From Polyangiales bacterium (GTDB lineage Bacteria > Myxococcota_A > Polyangia > Polyangiales > Houyiibacteriaceae): a stretch of 53,917 nt of DNA. Location of the stretch: assembly GCA_047619315.1 (NCBI GenBank), contig JBLHKB010000001.1:1-53917 (forward strand), written 5' to 3'. Both the position numbers and the translations under genes were made by a program. Below are positions 42,995-51,965 of the stretch, piece by piece; the first letter of the stretch is position 1; the number at the start of each line of letters is the position of its first letter. The notes below the pieces were generated by a model that saw only the letters and a program-made list of their open reading frames with translations, was not told the DNA's origin and searched no databases.

Positions 42995-45400
42995 CTACTG
43001 AATAAGCGGGCAGCTTGCCATCACGGGCCCTGCGTCGTTGTTGTCTATGTCGCATTCATTAAGACCGACCAGCGGTGAATCCGAGGGATCGTTCAGAACC
43101 GCGACGAAGCTGAACATCTCACCATCGCGCGCTGGCGGGATGATGAAAGGGACTTCGATGAGCTCGCTTTCGCCGGCGAGAAGAGGACGCGTCGTCATCG
43201 TTCGGGCGATATTCGTTCGGGTGCCGCCGACGTCTTCATAAAACGTCACGGGAACTCCTGCGGGCGCGCCGGCGCGGCCACGATTGATGACGCGCACGCG
43301 AAGCGTGAAGGACTCAGGACACGTTCGCGTGGAAGCCTGAAGATCGACGAGCTGAAGGTCCGGGGCGTCGAAGAGGCCGTCCGGCTGGACGTTCTGGCGG
43401 AAGTTATTGAGACCTTCGCGCGAGTGGTTCGCCACTTCGCGCGTCGGCACCGTCCCGTCTTCGTTGATGTTCGTCACATGATAGGTGTGCTGGTTCCAGA
43501 TACGCCGCGTTCGTACCCATTGGTTATCCGGGTGGCCGAACACGTGGATGCCTGTGCTCGCTGCGCTGCCGTCCACACAGACCCCACCGAAGGCGTAGTT
43601 GTTCTCCATGAGGACGATCTCGGCGTGGTCATCGTTGTCGACATCCACAACGATGGGGAACTCCTTCAGCGTCCCGCTCAGGTTGCACTGGTTGTAAAAT
43701 ACGCTGCCGTCCGTGCCGCGAAAGACGCGAAGGAAACGCTCGTCGTTGTAGAGGACCTCCGCGATGCCGTCGCCTTCAAAGTCGAAGATGCTTGAACCCG
43801 TGCTGCGGCTGGAGCGGTCCTGGGTTTCAAACCACCACTTGCGACTGCCATCGTGTTCGAGGACCACGTACGCGTATCCGCCGGCGAAGGCGACTTCAGG
43901 GTTGGGGTCCTCGTCGAAGTTCGCGATGGTCGGTGGTCCGCCGCCGCCGGGGCTGGCCGCCCATTGGTCCATCAGCTCCGGGGGGTTGATGTCGACGGGG
44001 CCCCAAATGGTCTCGCCCGTCGCTCCTTCGAGGGCCCACGCCACGTGGCCTCCAACCGTGACGACGTCCGGCGTTCCGTTAAGGTCGAGGTCCGCGATGG
44101 CCAACTGGGAGGCGCCCACGGATGGGCGACCGTCGCTGCCGTCGCGAACCCACACGGTGGTTCCGTCGTAGTTGTAGGCGCCGCTGCCGCCGACAAGCTC
44201 CAGGTCGTCGTCGTCGTCGATGTTGTAGAGCGCCGTGTAAGCGCCGCTGGCACCCACGCTGGGCCGAAGGCGCTGAACCACCGTCCCGTCCGCGTGCGCG
44301 ATGATGTAACGAACGACGATTTCGGGTGTCCCGTCGCCGTCCATGTCGCCGACCGCGGGTGCATCAAAGCCACAGGGCACGACGTTCGGCGCCGTGTCGA
44401 AGCGGCGCAGCAAAGCGCCACCCGCGGACAAGATCATGAGATGACCGGGCAGTCTCGCGGCGTTGTCGCTTCGTGAACACACCATGATCTCGGGGCCCGG
44501 CGAAGAAGGGTCCACATCCGCGATGGTGATCTCTCCGCCCGGCGTCACGGAGACGGGGTTCGGCACAGTTGTTTCCGTCGGAAAGATCTGCGCGCCGTCG
44601 GCGCCGGAGATGATGCGAAGGACGCCACCGATTTGGTCTGCAAACTGACCCCAGTACCTTGACCCGGTGAAGGTGCTGAAGACCACATCGGGCACGTCGT
44701 TTTCATCGATGAGGCCGTCGTCGTTGTCGTCCGTCATGTTGGCCACCATCGGCGCCATCATCACCTGGTCGTGAGTCGGGTAGGCGTCCGCGTCGCCGGT
44801 CCAGGACCACTTCTCAACGAGGGAGAACTCTTCGAGCTCTGGGCGGTATTCGCAAACCTCGCCTTCGGGCGCGCGCGGCAGACAGCGACCGATCGTCGCC
44901 TCGCAGTAACTTTCAGCATCACAGTCCGTGCTGCGCGTGCAGGCATCACCGGGTGTCGTGCATTCGCTGAGGTAACAAACGTCTCCAGCGCCGCAGCACG
45001 TCGTCGCGTCGCCTTCGCCACATGGCGCCTCCTCGGCTTCACACGCGAGCACGCAGCTGTCCGCAACGCATGCCTGAGAGTCGCTGCAGCAGAGGCCGCC
45101 GCAGAGTTCACTGGCCTCACAGCAGAGGCTGCCGCCGCAGACGGTTCCCGCCTCGCAGCACTCATCGCCACACACCTGCACCGGCAAGCAGCTCATGACG
45201 TCGGGGGGGCTGCCACCGTCCGTCCGCACGGCGGCGTCGACTTCGACGGGCTCCTCACACAGGTCGTCTGTGCAGACCAAGCCAAAACGGCAGTCGTCAT
45301 CCGTGACACAGGGCCCTCCGACGCCATCATCGACGGTCGTTCCGCAGTCGCAAGCGCAGACAAAGATCGCGAATAGGAGGTAGGCGCGGGTCATCCCCAC
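42995..45400 (-). CDS. Cys-rich / FG-GAP (VCBS) beta-propeller / CARDB-like lipoprotein, paralog 2
   Basis: Signal with lipobox-like Cys cluster, MGMTRAYLLFAIFVCACDC. Same architecture as 37759..40191: Cys-rich modules, loops GDMDGDGTPEIV, ADLDLNGTPDVV, FDFEGDGIAEVL, VDVDNDDHAEIV and the shared block NNFRQNVQP. C-terminus ECDIDNNDAG. Confidence 0.85.
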   Translation of the reverse strand: MGMTRAYLLFAIFVCACDCGTTVDDGVGGPCVTDDDCRFGLVCTDDLCEEPVEVDAAVRTDGGSPPDVMSCLPVQVCGDECCEAGTVCGGSLCCEASELCGGLCCSDSQACVADSCVLACEAEEAPCGEGDATTCCGAGDVCYLSECTTPGDACTRSTDCDAESYCEATIGRCLPRAPEGEVCEYRPELEEFSLVEKWSWTGDADAYPTHDQVMMAPMVANMTDDNDDGLIDENDVPDVVFSTFTGSRYWGQFADQIGGVLRIISGADGAQIFPTETTVPNPVSVTPGGEITIADVDPSSPGPEIMVCSRSDNAARLPGHLMILSAGGALLRRFDTAPNVVPCGFDAPAVGDMDGDGTPEIVVRYIIAHADGTVVQRLRPSVGASGAYTALYNIDDDDDLELVGGSGAYNYDGTTVWVRDGSDGRPSVGASQLAIADLDLNGTPDVVTVGGHVAWALEGATGETIWGPVDINPPELMDQWAASPGGGGPPTIANFDEDPNPEVAFAGGYAYVVLEHDGSRKWWFETQDRSSRSTGSSIFDFEGDGIAEVLYNDERFLRVFRGTDGSVFYNQCNLSGTLKEFPIVVDVDNDDHAEIVLMENNYAFGGVCVDGSAASTGIHVFGHPDNQWVRTRRIWNQHTYHVTNINEDGTVPTREVANHSREGLNNFRQNVQPDGLFDAPDLQLVDLQASTRTCPESFTLRVRVINRGRAGAPAGVPVTFYEDVGGTRTNIARTMTTRPLLAGESELIEVPFIIPPARDGEMFSFVAVLNDPSDSPLVGLNECDIDNNDAGPVMASCPLIQ

Positions 45401-45513
45401 AGCCTATAGGGCAAGCGACCGCGTGCCCACCTCGCACGGCATTCGTCCGCTGCTCAATCCAAAGCCAAACAGAGCCTTGACAGCTACCACGACGTGTTCA
45501 TCGTGGCGCCACC

Positions 45514-47433
45514 ATGACAGAAGCAAACGAAGCCTCCGAGAAGACCACCCACTCTTTTCAAGCAGAGGTGGCCCAGGTCCTAAGCCTGGTCATCAACTCC
45601 CTTTATTCGAACAAGGACGTGTTCCTGCGGGAACTCGTGTCGAATGCCTCGGATTCGCTCGACAAGGTGCGCTTCGCGGCGCTCACCGACTCCGAGCTTG
45701 CGGACACCGACGCGCTGAAGATCCGCATCTCGGCGGACCCTGAGAAGAAGACGCTGACGATCAGCGACAACGGAATCGGCATGAGCTCCGAGGAGCTCGT
45801 CGAGAATCTGGGAACCGTGGCGCGCTCGGGTTCACGCGATTTTCTCGCTCGTCTTAAAGAAGCGCAGAACGACGTAAGCCTCATCGGCCAATTCGGCGTT
45901 GGCTTCTACAGCGCCTACCTCGTCGCCGATCGCGTCGACGTCGTGTCTCGTTCCGCTGCAGATCCCCAGGCACATCGCTGGAGTTCGGATGCGGGAGAGA
46001 GCTTCACCATCGAGCCGGCGGAGCGCGCTGAGCGCGGCACAGACCTGATTCTCCATCTAAAGGAGGACTCGCAAGATCTTCTGAAGGAATCAAGTCTCAA
46101 GGCGCTCATCAAACGCTACTCGGACTACATCGAGCACCCCATCGAACTTGAGGTCGAGAGCTCAGAGGGCGAAGGCGACGACAAGAAGACCGTCAAGAAG
46201 TTCGAAAAGGTCAACGAAGCAAGCGCCCTCTGGCAGCGCTCCGCCTCCGAGGTCACGGACGAGCAATACCAAGAGTTCTACAAGCACCTCACCCACGACT
46301 GGGAAGCGCCACTTACGCGTCGCCACTTCAAGGTCGAGGGCACTCAGATGTTCTCGGGGCTTCTTTTTGTTCCCCGCAAGCCACCCTTTGATCTCTTCTC
46401 CTCCGAGACCAGCCACGGCGTTCGCCTCCACGTCAAACGCGTGTTCATCATGGATGACTGCGACGAGCTCCTTCCACGTTGGCTTCGCTTTATTCGCGGC
46501 GTCGTCGACTCCGCCGACCTTCCCCTCAATGTCTCCCGCGAGATTCTCCAAGACTCAGCCGTCGTTCGGGTTATTCAGAAGCAGGTCGTCCGGCGCAGCC
46601 TCGACATGATCGAGGAGCTGCAATCGAGCGATGACTACGGCGTCTTCGTCGAACACTTCGGTTCCGTTCTCAAGGAAGGCCTCCACTTCGAAAACGAGCC
46701 AAAGCTCGTGGCGCGCATCGCCAAACTATGTCGTTGGGAGAGCACACACGGCGAGGGCCCAGTGTCCCTCGAAGACTACGTGGGCCGCATGAAGGAAGGC
46801 CAGAAGGCGATCTACTACGTCTTCGGCGCATCACGACAGATGGTCGAGAACGCACCGCACTTAGAGATGCTCAAGGCACGCGGCTACGAGGTCTTGTTGA
46901 TGACCGACGCCATCGACCAGTGGGCCGTCGACGGTCTCCAGGAGTTTGATGGGAAGCAACTTGTCAGCGTCATGGCGTCTGACCTCCAACTCGACGAGAC
47001 CGAGGAGAAGGAAGACGCCGAAGAGAAGAAGAAGAGCGAAGAAGAGCTCGACGGACTCTTGGGTGCGGTTCGTACGATCCTCAAAGAGCAGGTCTCAGAG
47101 GTTCGCATCTCGGATCGCCTTGCGGGCTCACCGGCCTGTCTCGTGCTCCCCGACGGCGGCTTGCCTCCGTACCTAGAGCGTCTGATGCGCATGCAGCAGC
47201 AGAACATGCCGAAGCAGAAGCGCGTCCTCGAACTCAACCCCAAGCACGACCTCATTCTCGCGCTCCGGGCCATGCAAGAGAAAGAGCCGGAGTCCGAAAA
47301 GGTCACGGAGTGGGTGAACCTCCTCCTCAACCAAGCGCTCCTCGCAGAAGGCAGCCCGCTGGAGAACCCCGCGATGGTGGTGCAGCAGATGACGAGTCTG
47401 CTGACAGAGGTTGTACAGCGCGCGAGCACGTAG
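45514..47433 (+). CDS. htpG: molecular chaperone HtpG (Hsp90 family)
   Basis: FQAEVAQVLSLVINSLYSNKDVFLRELVSNASDSLDK, ISDNGIGMS and GQFGVGFYSAYLVAD (GHKL ATPase). 639 aa, colinear with bacterial HtpG. Confidence 0.97.
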   Translation: MTEANEASEKTTHSFQAEVAQVLSLVINSLYSNKDVFLRELVSNASDSLDKVRFAALTDSELADTDALKIRISADPEKKTLTISDNGIGMSSEELVENLGTVARSGSRDFLARLKEAQNDVSLIGQFGVGFYSAYLVADRVDVVSRSAADPQAHRWSSDAGESFTIEPAERAERGTDLILHLKEDSQDLLKESSLKALIKRYSDYIEHPIELEVESSEGEGDDKKTVKKFEKVNEASALWQRSASEVTDEQYQEFYKHLTHDWEAPLTRRHFKVEGTQMFSGLLFVPRKPPFDLFSSETSHGVRLHVKRVFIMDDCDELLPRWLRFIRGVVDSADLPLNVSREILQDSAVVRVIQKQVVRRSLDMIEELQSSDDYGVFVEHFGSVLKEGLHFENEPKLVARIAKLCRWESTHGEGPVSLEDYVGRMKEGQKAIYYVFGASRQMVENAPHLEMLKARGYEVLLMTDAIDQWAVDGLQEFDGKQLVSVMASDLQLDETEEKEDAEEKKKSEEELDGLLGAVRTILKEQVSEVRISDRLAGSPACLVLPDGGLPPYLERLMRMQQQNMPKQKRVLELNPKHDLILALRAMQEKEPESEKVTEWVNLLLNQALLAEGSPLENPAMVVQQMTSLLTEVVQRAST

Positions 47434-47530
47434 CGTTGGGGAGACCGTGGCTACAGAGGCTAGAGCTCGGCGCACGGAAGTAAGCGTTGCGGGGCTCGCT
47501 TCATCTCTCGGGTCTCACGCGCAGAACGAA

Positions 47531-47562
47531 GAAAGACAGACTGCAGATGCAGCCTGTCTTTC
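47531..47562. terminator. bidirectional stem-loop terminator candidate between convergent htpG and the Tat-peptide gene
   Basis: GAAAGACAG-a-CTGC-agat-GCAG-c-CTGTCTTTC forms 9+4 bp of stem. It is flanked by ttcgttc on one side and tagttctt on the other. Confidence 0.6.
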
Positions 47563-47634
47563 TAGTTCTTGAGTGTGGCTAGTCCCGTTGCCTCACGTTG
47601 AAGCTCCCTTGAAGCCTAGACCGACCTTAGTGGC

Positions 47635-47949
47635 CTACTGACAGCTGCGACCGCGACCCGTCGGATCCGAGTTCGGGCCGGAGTCCGAGTCGTTGCAGCC
47701 GCGACCTGCGCCGCCGTGGTCTGCGTTTGGACCGCTGTCGCTGTCGGTGGTGCCGGAACCGCTCATGTCTGCGCCCGGACCAGAGTCCGAGTCAGTGGTG
47801 GCTTCGGCAACTTCAGGGCGAAGCGCCATGCCTGCCGTCACCGCCGCAGCGCCAAGTACGCCAGTGCCCATGGTTCGAAGAGCGGAGCGACGTGTCATGC
47901 CGCGCTCGCTGGAGATATCTTCGGGATTGAGGGTCTTCTTTTTGGTCAT
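47635..47949 (-). CDS. small Tat-signal secreted protein composed of three DSDSGP repeats
   Basis: MTRRSALRTMGTGVLGAAAVTAGMAL...AEA is a twin-arginine signal. It may start at the second Met, 47898. The mature ~54 aa is TTDSDSGPGAD..TTDSDSGPNADHGGAGRGC.NDSDSGPNSDPTGRGRSCQ. Confidence 0.65.
   Translation of the reverse strand: MTKKKTLNPEDISSERGMTRRSALRTMGTGVLGAAAVTAGMALRPEVAEATTDSDSGPGADMSGSGTTDSDSGPNADHGGAGRGCNDSDSGPNSDPTGRGRSCQ
47665..47796 (-). repeat. three degenerate in-frame coding repeats (T/N)DSDSGP(G/N)(A/S)D
   Basis: Repeats fall at aa 52-61, 68-77 and 86-95 of CDS 47635..47949. The last two are each followed by a GxGR motif and a Cys. Confidence 0.8.
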
Positions 47950-48054
47950 AATGGGGCTCTTTCTGGCTGCGGGACGTATCTAACTAATATGTGGTGCACG
48001 CTTGTCGAAGCGGCACTGACCACAAGAGACGTAAGGTACGGCTCAAAATGCAAT

Positions 48055-48069
48055 AATATCAATGATATT
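48055..48069. promoter_or_regulatory. perfect 15-bp palindrome AATATCA-A-TGATATT in an AT-rich divergent intergenic region
   Basis: Read directly from the sequence. It is followed by the direct repeat TTGAAC-ttt-TTGAAC. The surrounding 80 nt (48041-48120) are about 30% G+C by hand count, far below the flanks. Confidence 0.35.
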
Positions 48070-48207
48070 GAACTTTTTGAACGTCAATATAAGAAATCGG
48101 CCAGAATTCTTGTGGTTTTAGCCCCATTCGATTTCGTATGACGGTCCTCATTCGACGCTCAACCCCGGATTGACAAGGGACCAGCGAGAACGTCCTATGC
48201 CGGCAAC

Positions 48208-49407
48208 GTGCCCAAAGACTCATTCTCACTCGGACAGATGCTTCACCCTTTTGATCGGGAGGAGTTTCTCACGGAGCGCTTTGAGCGACGCCCCCTCCTC
48301 GTCCGGCGAGAGCAGCCCGACTATTTCCGACACCTGTTGTCCTGGGAGGTCATCGACCGAGTTGTGACGGAGCTCAACCGTCATCACCCGGACGTGATGC
48401 TCGCGGACCAGAAGGTCCCGCGGCCCGTGTCGAGTTACACGTATCCCAGCGGCCTCATCGATGTGACCCGCCTCTACCAGGCCTTCGCCGACGGAGCCTC
48501 CATCGTGCTGGGCAACCTCGAGGTGCTGCACCCTCCGATCTCGGACGCGTGTCGTGCGTTGGAGGCCGAGCTCAGCACGCGCTTTCAGGCCAATATCTAC
48601 GTCACGCCACCCGGGCACCACCAGGGCTTGCCCTCCCACTGGGACACTCATGACGTCTTCGTGTTGCAGGTCGAGGGCACCAAAGAGTGGTGCGTTTGGG
48701 AAGAGGGCGTCGAGCTACCCTTGCGGACCGAGTCCTTCAATCCTGCGGACTTGCCCGAGCTCGGCGAGCCCGCGATGCGATTTATGCTGGAGCCCGGAGA
48801 CACCTTCTATTTGCCGCGCGGGTTCGTGCACAAAGCTATCACCGGCGAGTCGGGTTCTGCGCACATCACGCTCGGCGTCATGTTCGCCAGCTGGGCAGAG
48901 CTGCTCCTCGAGGCGGTGGCGACTGCGACCAAGCAGCACACGGACGCGCGCCGCTCACTTCCACTGGGCTTCACGCGCCCCGAGTACGATCGCAATGAAG
49001 CGAAAGAGTACTTCGAGAACCTGATGAAAAAGGTGTGGGACGACGTCGACTTCGACGGAGCGTTTGAGCACTTCGCGGAGGACCTCGTCGCCAGTCGTCA
49101 TTCCATCTTGCGTGGACAGCGTGCCCAAGTGATGGCGCTTGGAGAGCTGAGCATCGACACCGAATGCGAGCCACGAGCCAACGTGCTCTACCGCATCACG
49201 GAGGACGAAGAGCGAGTCTCCATCGCTTGCTATGGCAACAACATCCACCTCCCCAGCTTCTGCGCAGAGCCGCTGCGCTTCGCCGTGGAGACGGACAGCT
49301 ACCACGTGCGCGATCTCCCAGGCGACCTCGACGACGACGGCAAGCTCGTGCTGATCACGCGGCTCGTTCGCGAGGGCCTCATCACGATGAAGCTCGACGA
49401 GGCGTAG
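48208..49407 (+). CDS. JmjC/cupin-4 family Fe(II)/2-oxoglutarate oxygenase (RoxA/YcfD-like protein hydroxylase)
   Basis: ANIYVTPPGHHQGLPSHWDTHDVFVLQVEGTKEWCVW (HxD facial triad), ...GDTFYLPRGFVHKAI...SAHITLG (distal His) and a C-terminal winged-helix-like tail. GTG start at 48208, alternative ATG at 48238. Confidence 0.85.
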   Translation: MPKDSFSLGQMLHPFDREEFLTERFERRPLLVRREQPDYFRHLLSWEVIDRVVTELNRHHPDVMLADQKVPRPVSSYTYPSGLIDVTRLYQAFADGASIVLGNLEVLHPPISDACRALEAELSTRFQANIYVTPPGHHQGLPSHWDTHDVFVLQVEGTKEWCVWEEGVELPLRTESFNPADLPELGEPAMRFMLEPGDTFYLPRGFVHKAITGESGSAHITLGVMFASWAELLLEAVATATKQHTDARRSLPLGFTRPEYDRNEAKEYFENLMKKVWDDVDFDGAFEHFAEDLVASRHSILRGQRAQVMALGELSIDTECEPRANVLYRITEDEERVSIACYGNNIHLPSFCAEPLRFAVETDSYHVRDLPGDLDDDGKLVLITRLVREGLITMKLDEA

Positions 49408-49577
49408 CGGCCAGCACACTTGGCCAAGGCTGATTGCACGGCGTGAGTCGATGTCACGTACGACGTCGCTGCAGACCCTGAACCTCGCGCGCTCGGAGCA
49501 TCTATCCCTACGTCGTGGTCGCCCAATGTGACAACATCTTTCAGGCACCCGGCGGCCCCCTTCAAGAGAGAGAGCGC

Positions 49578-50213
49578 ATGCGACAAGTCGAGTTCTTCTT
49601 TGACTATATTTCTCCCTACGCGTTCTTAGCGTGGGAAGACACGAAGCGAATCGCCAAAGAGCACCGAGTGGAGGTCGTACCAAAGCCCATTCTCTTTGCG
49701 GCGCTTCTCAACCACAACGACACACGCGGGCCGGCGGAGATCGCGAGCAAGCGCCGCTACCTCTTCGTCGACCTGCTGCGTAAAGCCGAGTTCCTCGGGC
49801 TCGAGCTCAACGTGCCGGCGACGCATCCCTTCAACCCGCTCCTGGCTCTGCGAGCGACCTGTGCTGCCGACGCGGCGACGCGCGGCGAAGTGGTCTCAAA
49901 GCTCTTTGCGGCGGTATGGCGCGACGTGGCAGACGTCAACGATGTGGAAACATACGAGGCGCTAGGCCTCGGCAAGTTGGTCACCAAGGCGTCGAACGCG
50001 GAGGTCAAACAGCAGCTACGGAGCAACACCGACGAGGCGATTCGTGACCACATCTTCGGCGTGCCCACCCTGCGTTTTGAGGGAGAGCTCTTTTGGGGCG
50101 TCGACAACCTGCCTTTCCTTGAGGAGCGCCTGGGAGGAAAGAGCGGACCCGAACTGGAGAAGGTGAAGTACTGGGAAGACCTTGAGGCGAGCGCTACCCG
50201 TCCAAAAAAATGA
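49578..50213 (+). CDS. 2-hydroxychromene-2-carboxylate isomerase family (DsbA-like thioredoxin fold) protein
   Basis: Start trimmed to the ATG at 49578: MRQVEFFFDYISPYAFLAW...FGVPTLRFEGELFWGVDNL, typical of this family. Confidence 0.85.
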   Translation: MRQVEFFFDYISPYAFLAWEDTKRIAKEHRVEVVPKPILFAALLNHNDTRGPAEIASKRRYLFVDLLRKAEFLGLELNVPATHPFNPLLALRATCAADAATRGEVVSKLFAAVWRDVADVNDVETYEALGLGKLVTKASNAEVKQQLRSNTDEAIRDHIFGVPTLRFEGELFWGVDNLPFLEERLGGKSGPELEKVKYWEDLEASATRPKK

Positions 50214-51304
50214 GGTTCCCCGGAGCGATCCTTTTCGTGGTCTGCGGTGTTTGCGCCTGCGGCGACACAATGGTGCCTCTCGACGGCGGGAACGAGCGAG
50301 ATGCCGCACGAGACGCCGCACGAGATGACGCGACGCCGGACGTGAGGGCAGCGGACGCTGACCGAGGGGACGTCGGCGACGCCACCACTACGCAAGACGC
50401 CACGGACGCGGCCGTCGAAACCGCGACGCGGCTGCTGAACTGGAACGATGGTGATGGGCTCCGCGTCGTCTCACCCGAAGGCTCGAGCCTGGATGGCTAC
50501 GTTCGCGGAGGCGACTTCGAGCGCGCCATCTGGGCCTCCGATGATGTCTGGTCCTGGTACATGCTTCACATCACGGAGGGCGGTAGCCCCACCGAAGACT
50601 TTGCCCGAGTGACACTTCCGATCCTCCCAGGCCGCAACGGCACGCCCACCACGGTTCTGAAGATGGCGCTCCTCAGAGATGCACCGGGGACCACCGTCGA
50701 GCAGATCGAGTTTTTAGAGCAGCAGTCCGCGGGTCGCGCAGGCGAAGTCGATGAGAACTTCCCATCGCACACGCTCGTGGAGCCCGTGTTCTACCAGCGC
50801 CAGTGGATCAAGTTCTCGCCGGACACGCGCACTCGTGCTGGCGCCGTTGGTGAGAGTGATTTCTATCAGATCTTTTGGGAGATGAAGGCAGAGCCGGACT
50901 ACCGGCTGCGTGTACAGCTGAGCTACAGCGACGCCATTGGGCTTGTGGTTCGTGCCCACGACGATGTCCTCACGAACTCTGAACCCGTATATGTCGACAG
51001 CGGCCCCGTTCCCGTGGGCACCATCGATCTCGCAGAGGAAGAGCTACCGGTGGGGTGGAACCTCTTCGAGGTCTGGATCGACCGAACCCGGGGTGACGAG
51101 AGCCGCTGGCGCGTTCGCTTCAACGGCTTCGATGTGCTGGATTACACGGGCCCGCTCATGGGCGCCTCGGGCAACATCATGGGCACCGCCATGCTCGTTC
51201 AGATTTACTCCGACGTCACCGATCTCTCGACCTCGCCCTTCTATCAGCTCATCGACGGCATGGAGATCTGGGACTCGCCGCCGAGAGACGCGTTTCTACC
51301 CTGA
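50210..51304 (+). CDS. hypothetical lipoprotein (beta-rich, lectin/lyase-like fold possible)
   Basis: MRFPGAILFVVCGVCAC lipobox, then an acidic RDAA/DA linker. Start overlaps the previous stop (ATGA). I recognise no catalytic motif. Confidence 0.75.
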   Translation: MRFPGAILFVVCGVCACGDTMVPLDGGNERDAARDAARDDATPDVRAADADRGDVGDATTTQDATDAAVETATRLLNWNDGDGLRVVSPEGSSLDGYVRGGDFERAIWASDDVWSWYMLHITEGGSPTEDFARVTLPILPGRNGTPTTVLKMALLRDAPGTTVEQIEFLEQQSAGRAGEVDENFPSHTLVEPVFYQRQWIKFSPDTRTRAGAVGESDFYQIFWEMKAEPDYRLRVQLSYSDAIGLVVRAHDDVLTNSEPVYVDSGPVPVGTIDLAEEELPVGWNLFEVWIDRTRGDESRWRVRFNGFDVLDYTGPLMGASGNIMGTAMLVQIYSDVTDLSTSPFYQLIDGMEIWDSPPRDAFLP

Positions 51305-51305
51305 G

Positions 51306-51965
51306 CTAGAGTTTCCGCTCCAAGGAAACCACACACGTCGCGCCGTCCTGCATGTCGGCCCACGCGCGAATCGCGTCTCGACGATCAGCCTGCACGATGC
51401 GCAGCGAACCCGTGACGTGAGGCAGCGCTTTCTTTCCTTTGCGTCCTTCCATCACGACCTCCACGGCGGCGCATCCCTTGTAGATAGTTTCGACCCCCTC
51501 GAAACTCTGAAGAGGCATCTCCGCAGGCCCTATGCAGGCCGCGAAGTGCTTCGCTGAATCAAAACGCGGCCGACGATGTTCGAGCAACGCCGGACCGTCG
51601 CTCCGCCGCTGCATGACAAAGGAGAAACGGCGCACGGCCATCATTCGAAGAGGGCTGACGAGCTGAAAGAAGCGCCCGGAGAGCAGGTCAAGAAACGACG
51701 TCGCGCTCGGGTAGTTCACGATGAGGAGCGTGTCGCGACCGCCGGAGTCGCCCTTTAACGTCTCCGTGACGGCGCCCTTAAAGAGCAACTTGCCGCCCGT
51801 TCGAAACACGCTCCATGCGGCGAGGGCCCCATACAGTTCGTAAGCGCGCGGGCGCTTCGCGCGAAACCAGTTGATGGCGAAGAGCGGCTCGTCGAGCCAG
51901 GACTCGTCGCCAAGGCTCTCCATGAAGGCGCGAATGCCCGGCGTGATTCTGCGTTCGCGGGACAC
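51306..51965 (-). CDS. hypothetical protein (DUF1330-like alpha+beta segment possible)
   Basis: 219-aa ORF. The GTG start shares one base with the AraC stop. The segment LLIVNYPSATSFLDLLSGRFF resembles DUF1330-type proteins. Weak assignment. Confidence 0.6.
   Translation of the reverse strand: MSRERRITPGIRAFMESLGDESWLDEPLFAINWFRAKRPRAYELYGALAAWSVFRTGGKLLFKGAVTETLKGDSGGRDTLLIVNYPSATSFLDLLSGRFFQLVSPLRMMAVRRFSFVMQRRSDGPALLEHRRPRFDSAKHFAACIGPAEMPLQSFEGVETIYKGCAAVEVVMEGRKGKKALPHVTGSLRIVQADRRDAIRAWADMQDGATCVVSLERKL

Noticed and set aside
45477-45506. TTGACA and 6-bp inverted repeat CCACGA-N8-TCGTGG just upstream of htpG as promoter/heat-shock operator
   Set aside because: The -35-like hexamer is only 32 nt from the ATG and has no acceptable -10. 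There is no CIRCE or sigma-32 consensus. The 6-bp arms are too short to call.
47665-47796. Short tandem or degenerate repeats (also 7594..7647, 26411..26446, 28058..28081) as a possible CRISPR array or VNTR locus
   Set aside because: All are in-frame coding repeats of 2-3 copies without unique spacers. No CRISPR-like repeat-spacer architecture exists anywhere in the window.
47950-48128. 9-bp inverted repeat bracketing the AT-rich core interpreted as a MITE
   Set aside because: The arms are only 9 bp and I see no target-site duplication. I cannot test for other copies. It is kept only as a note inside the intergenic-region finding.
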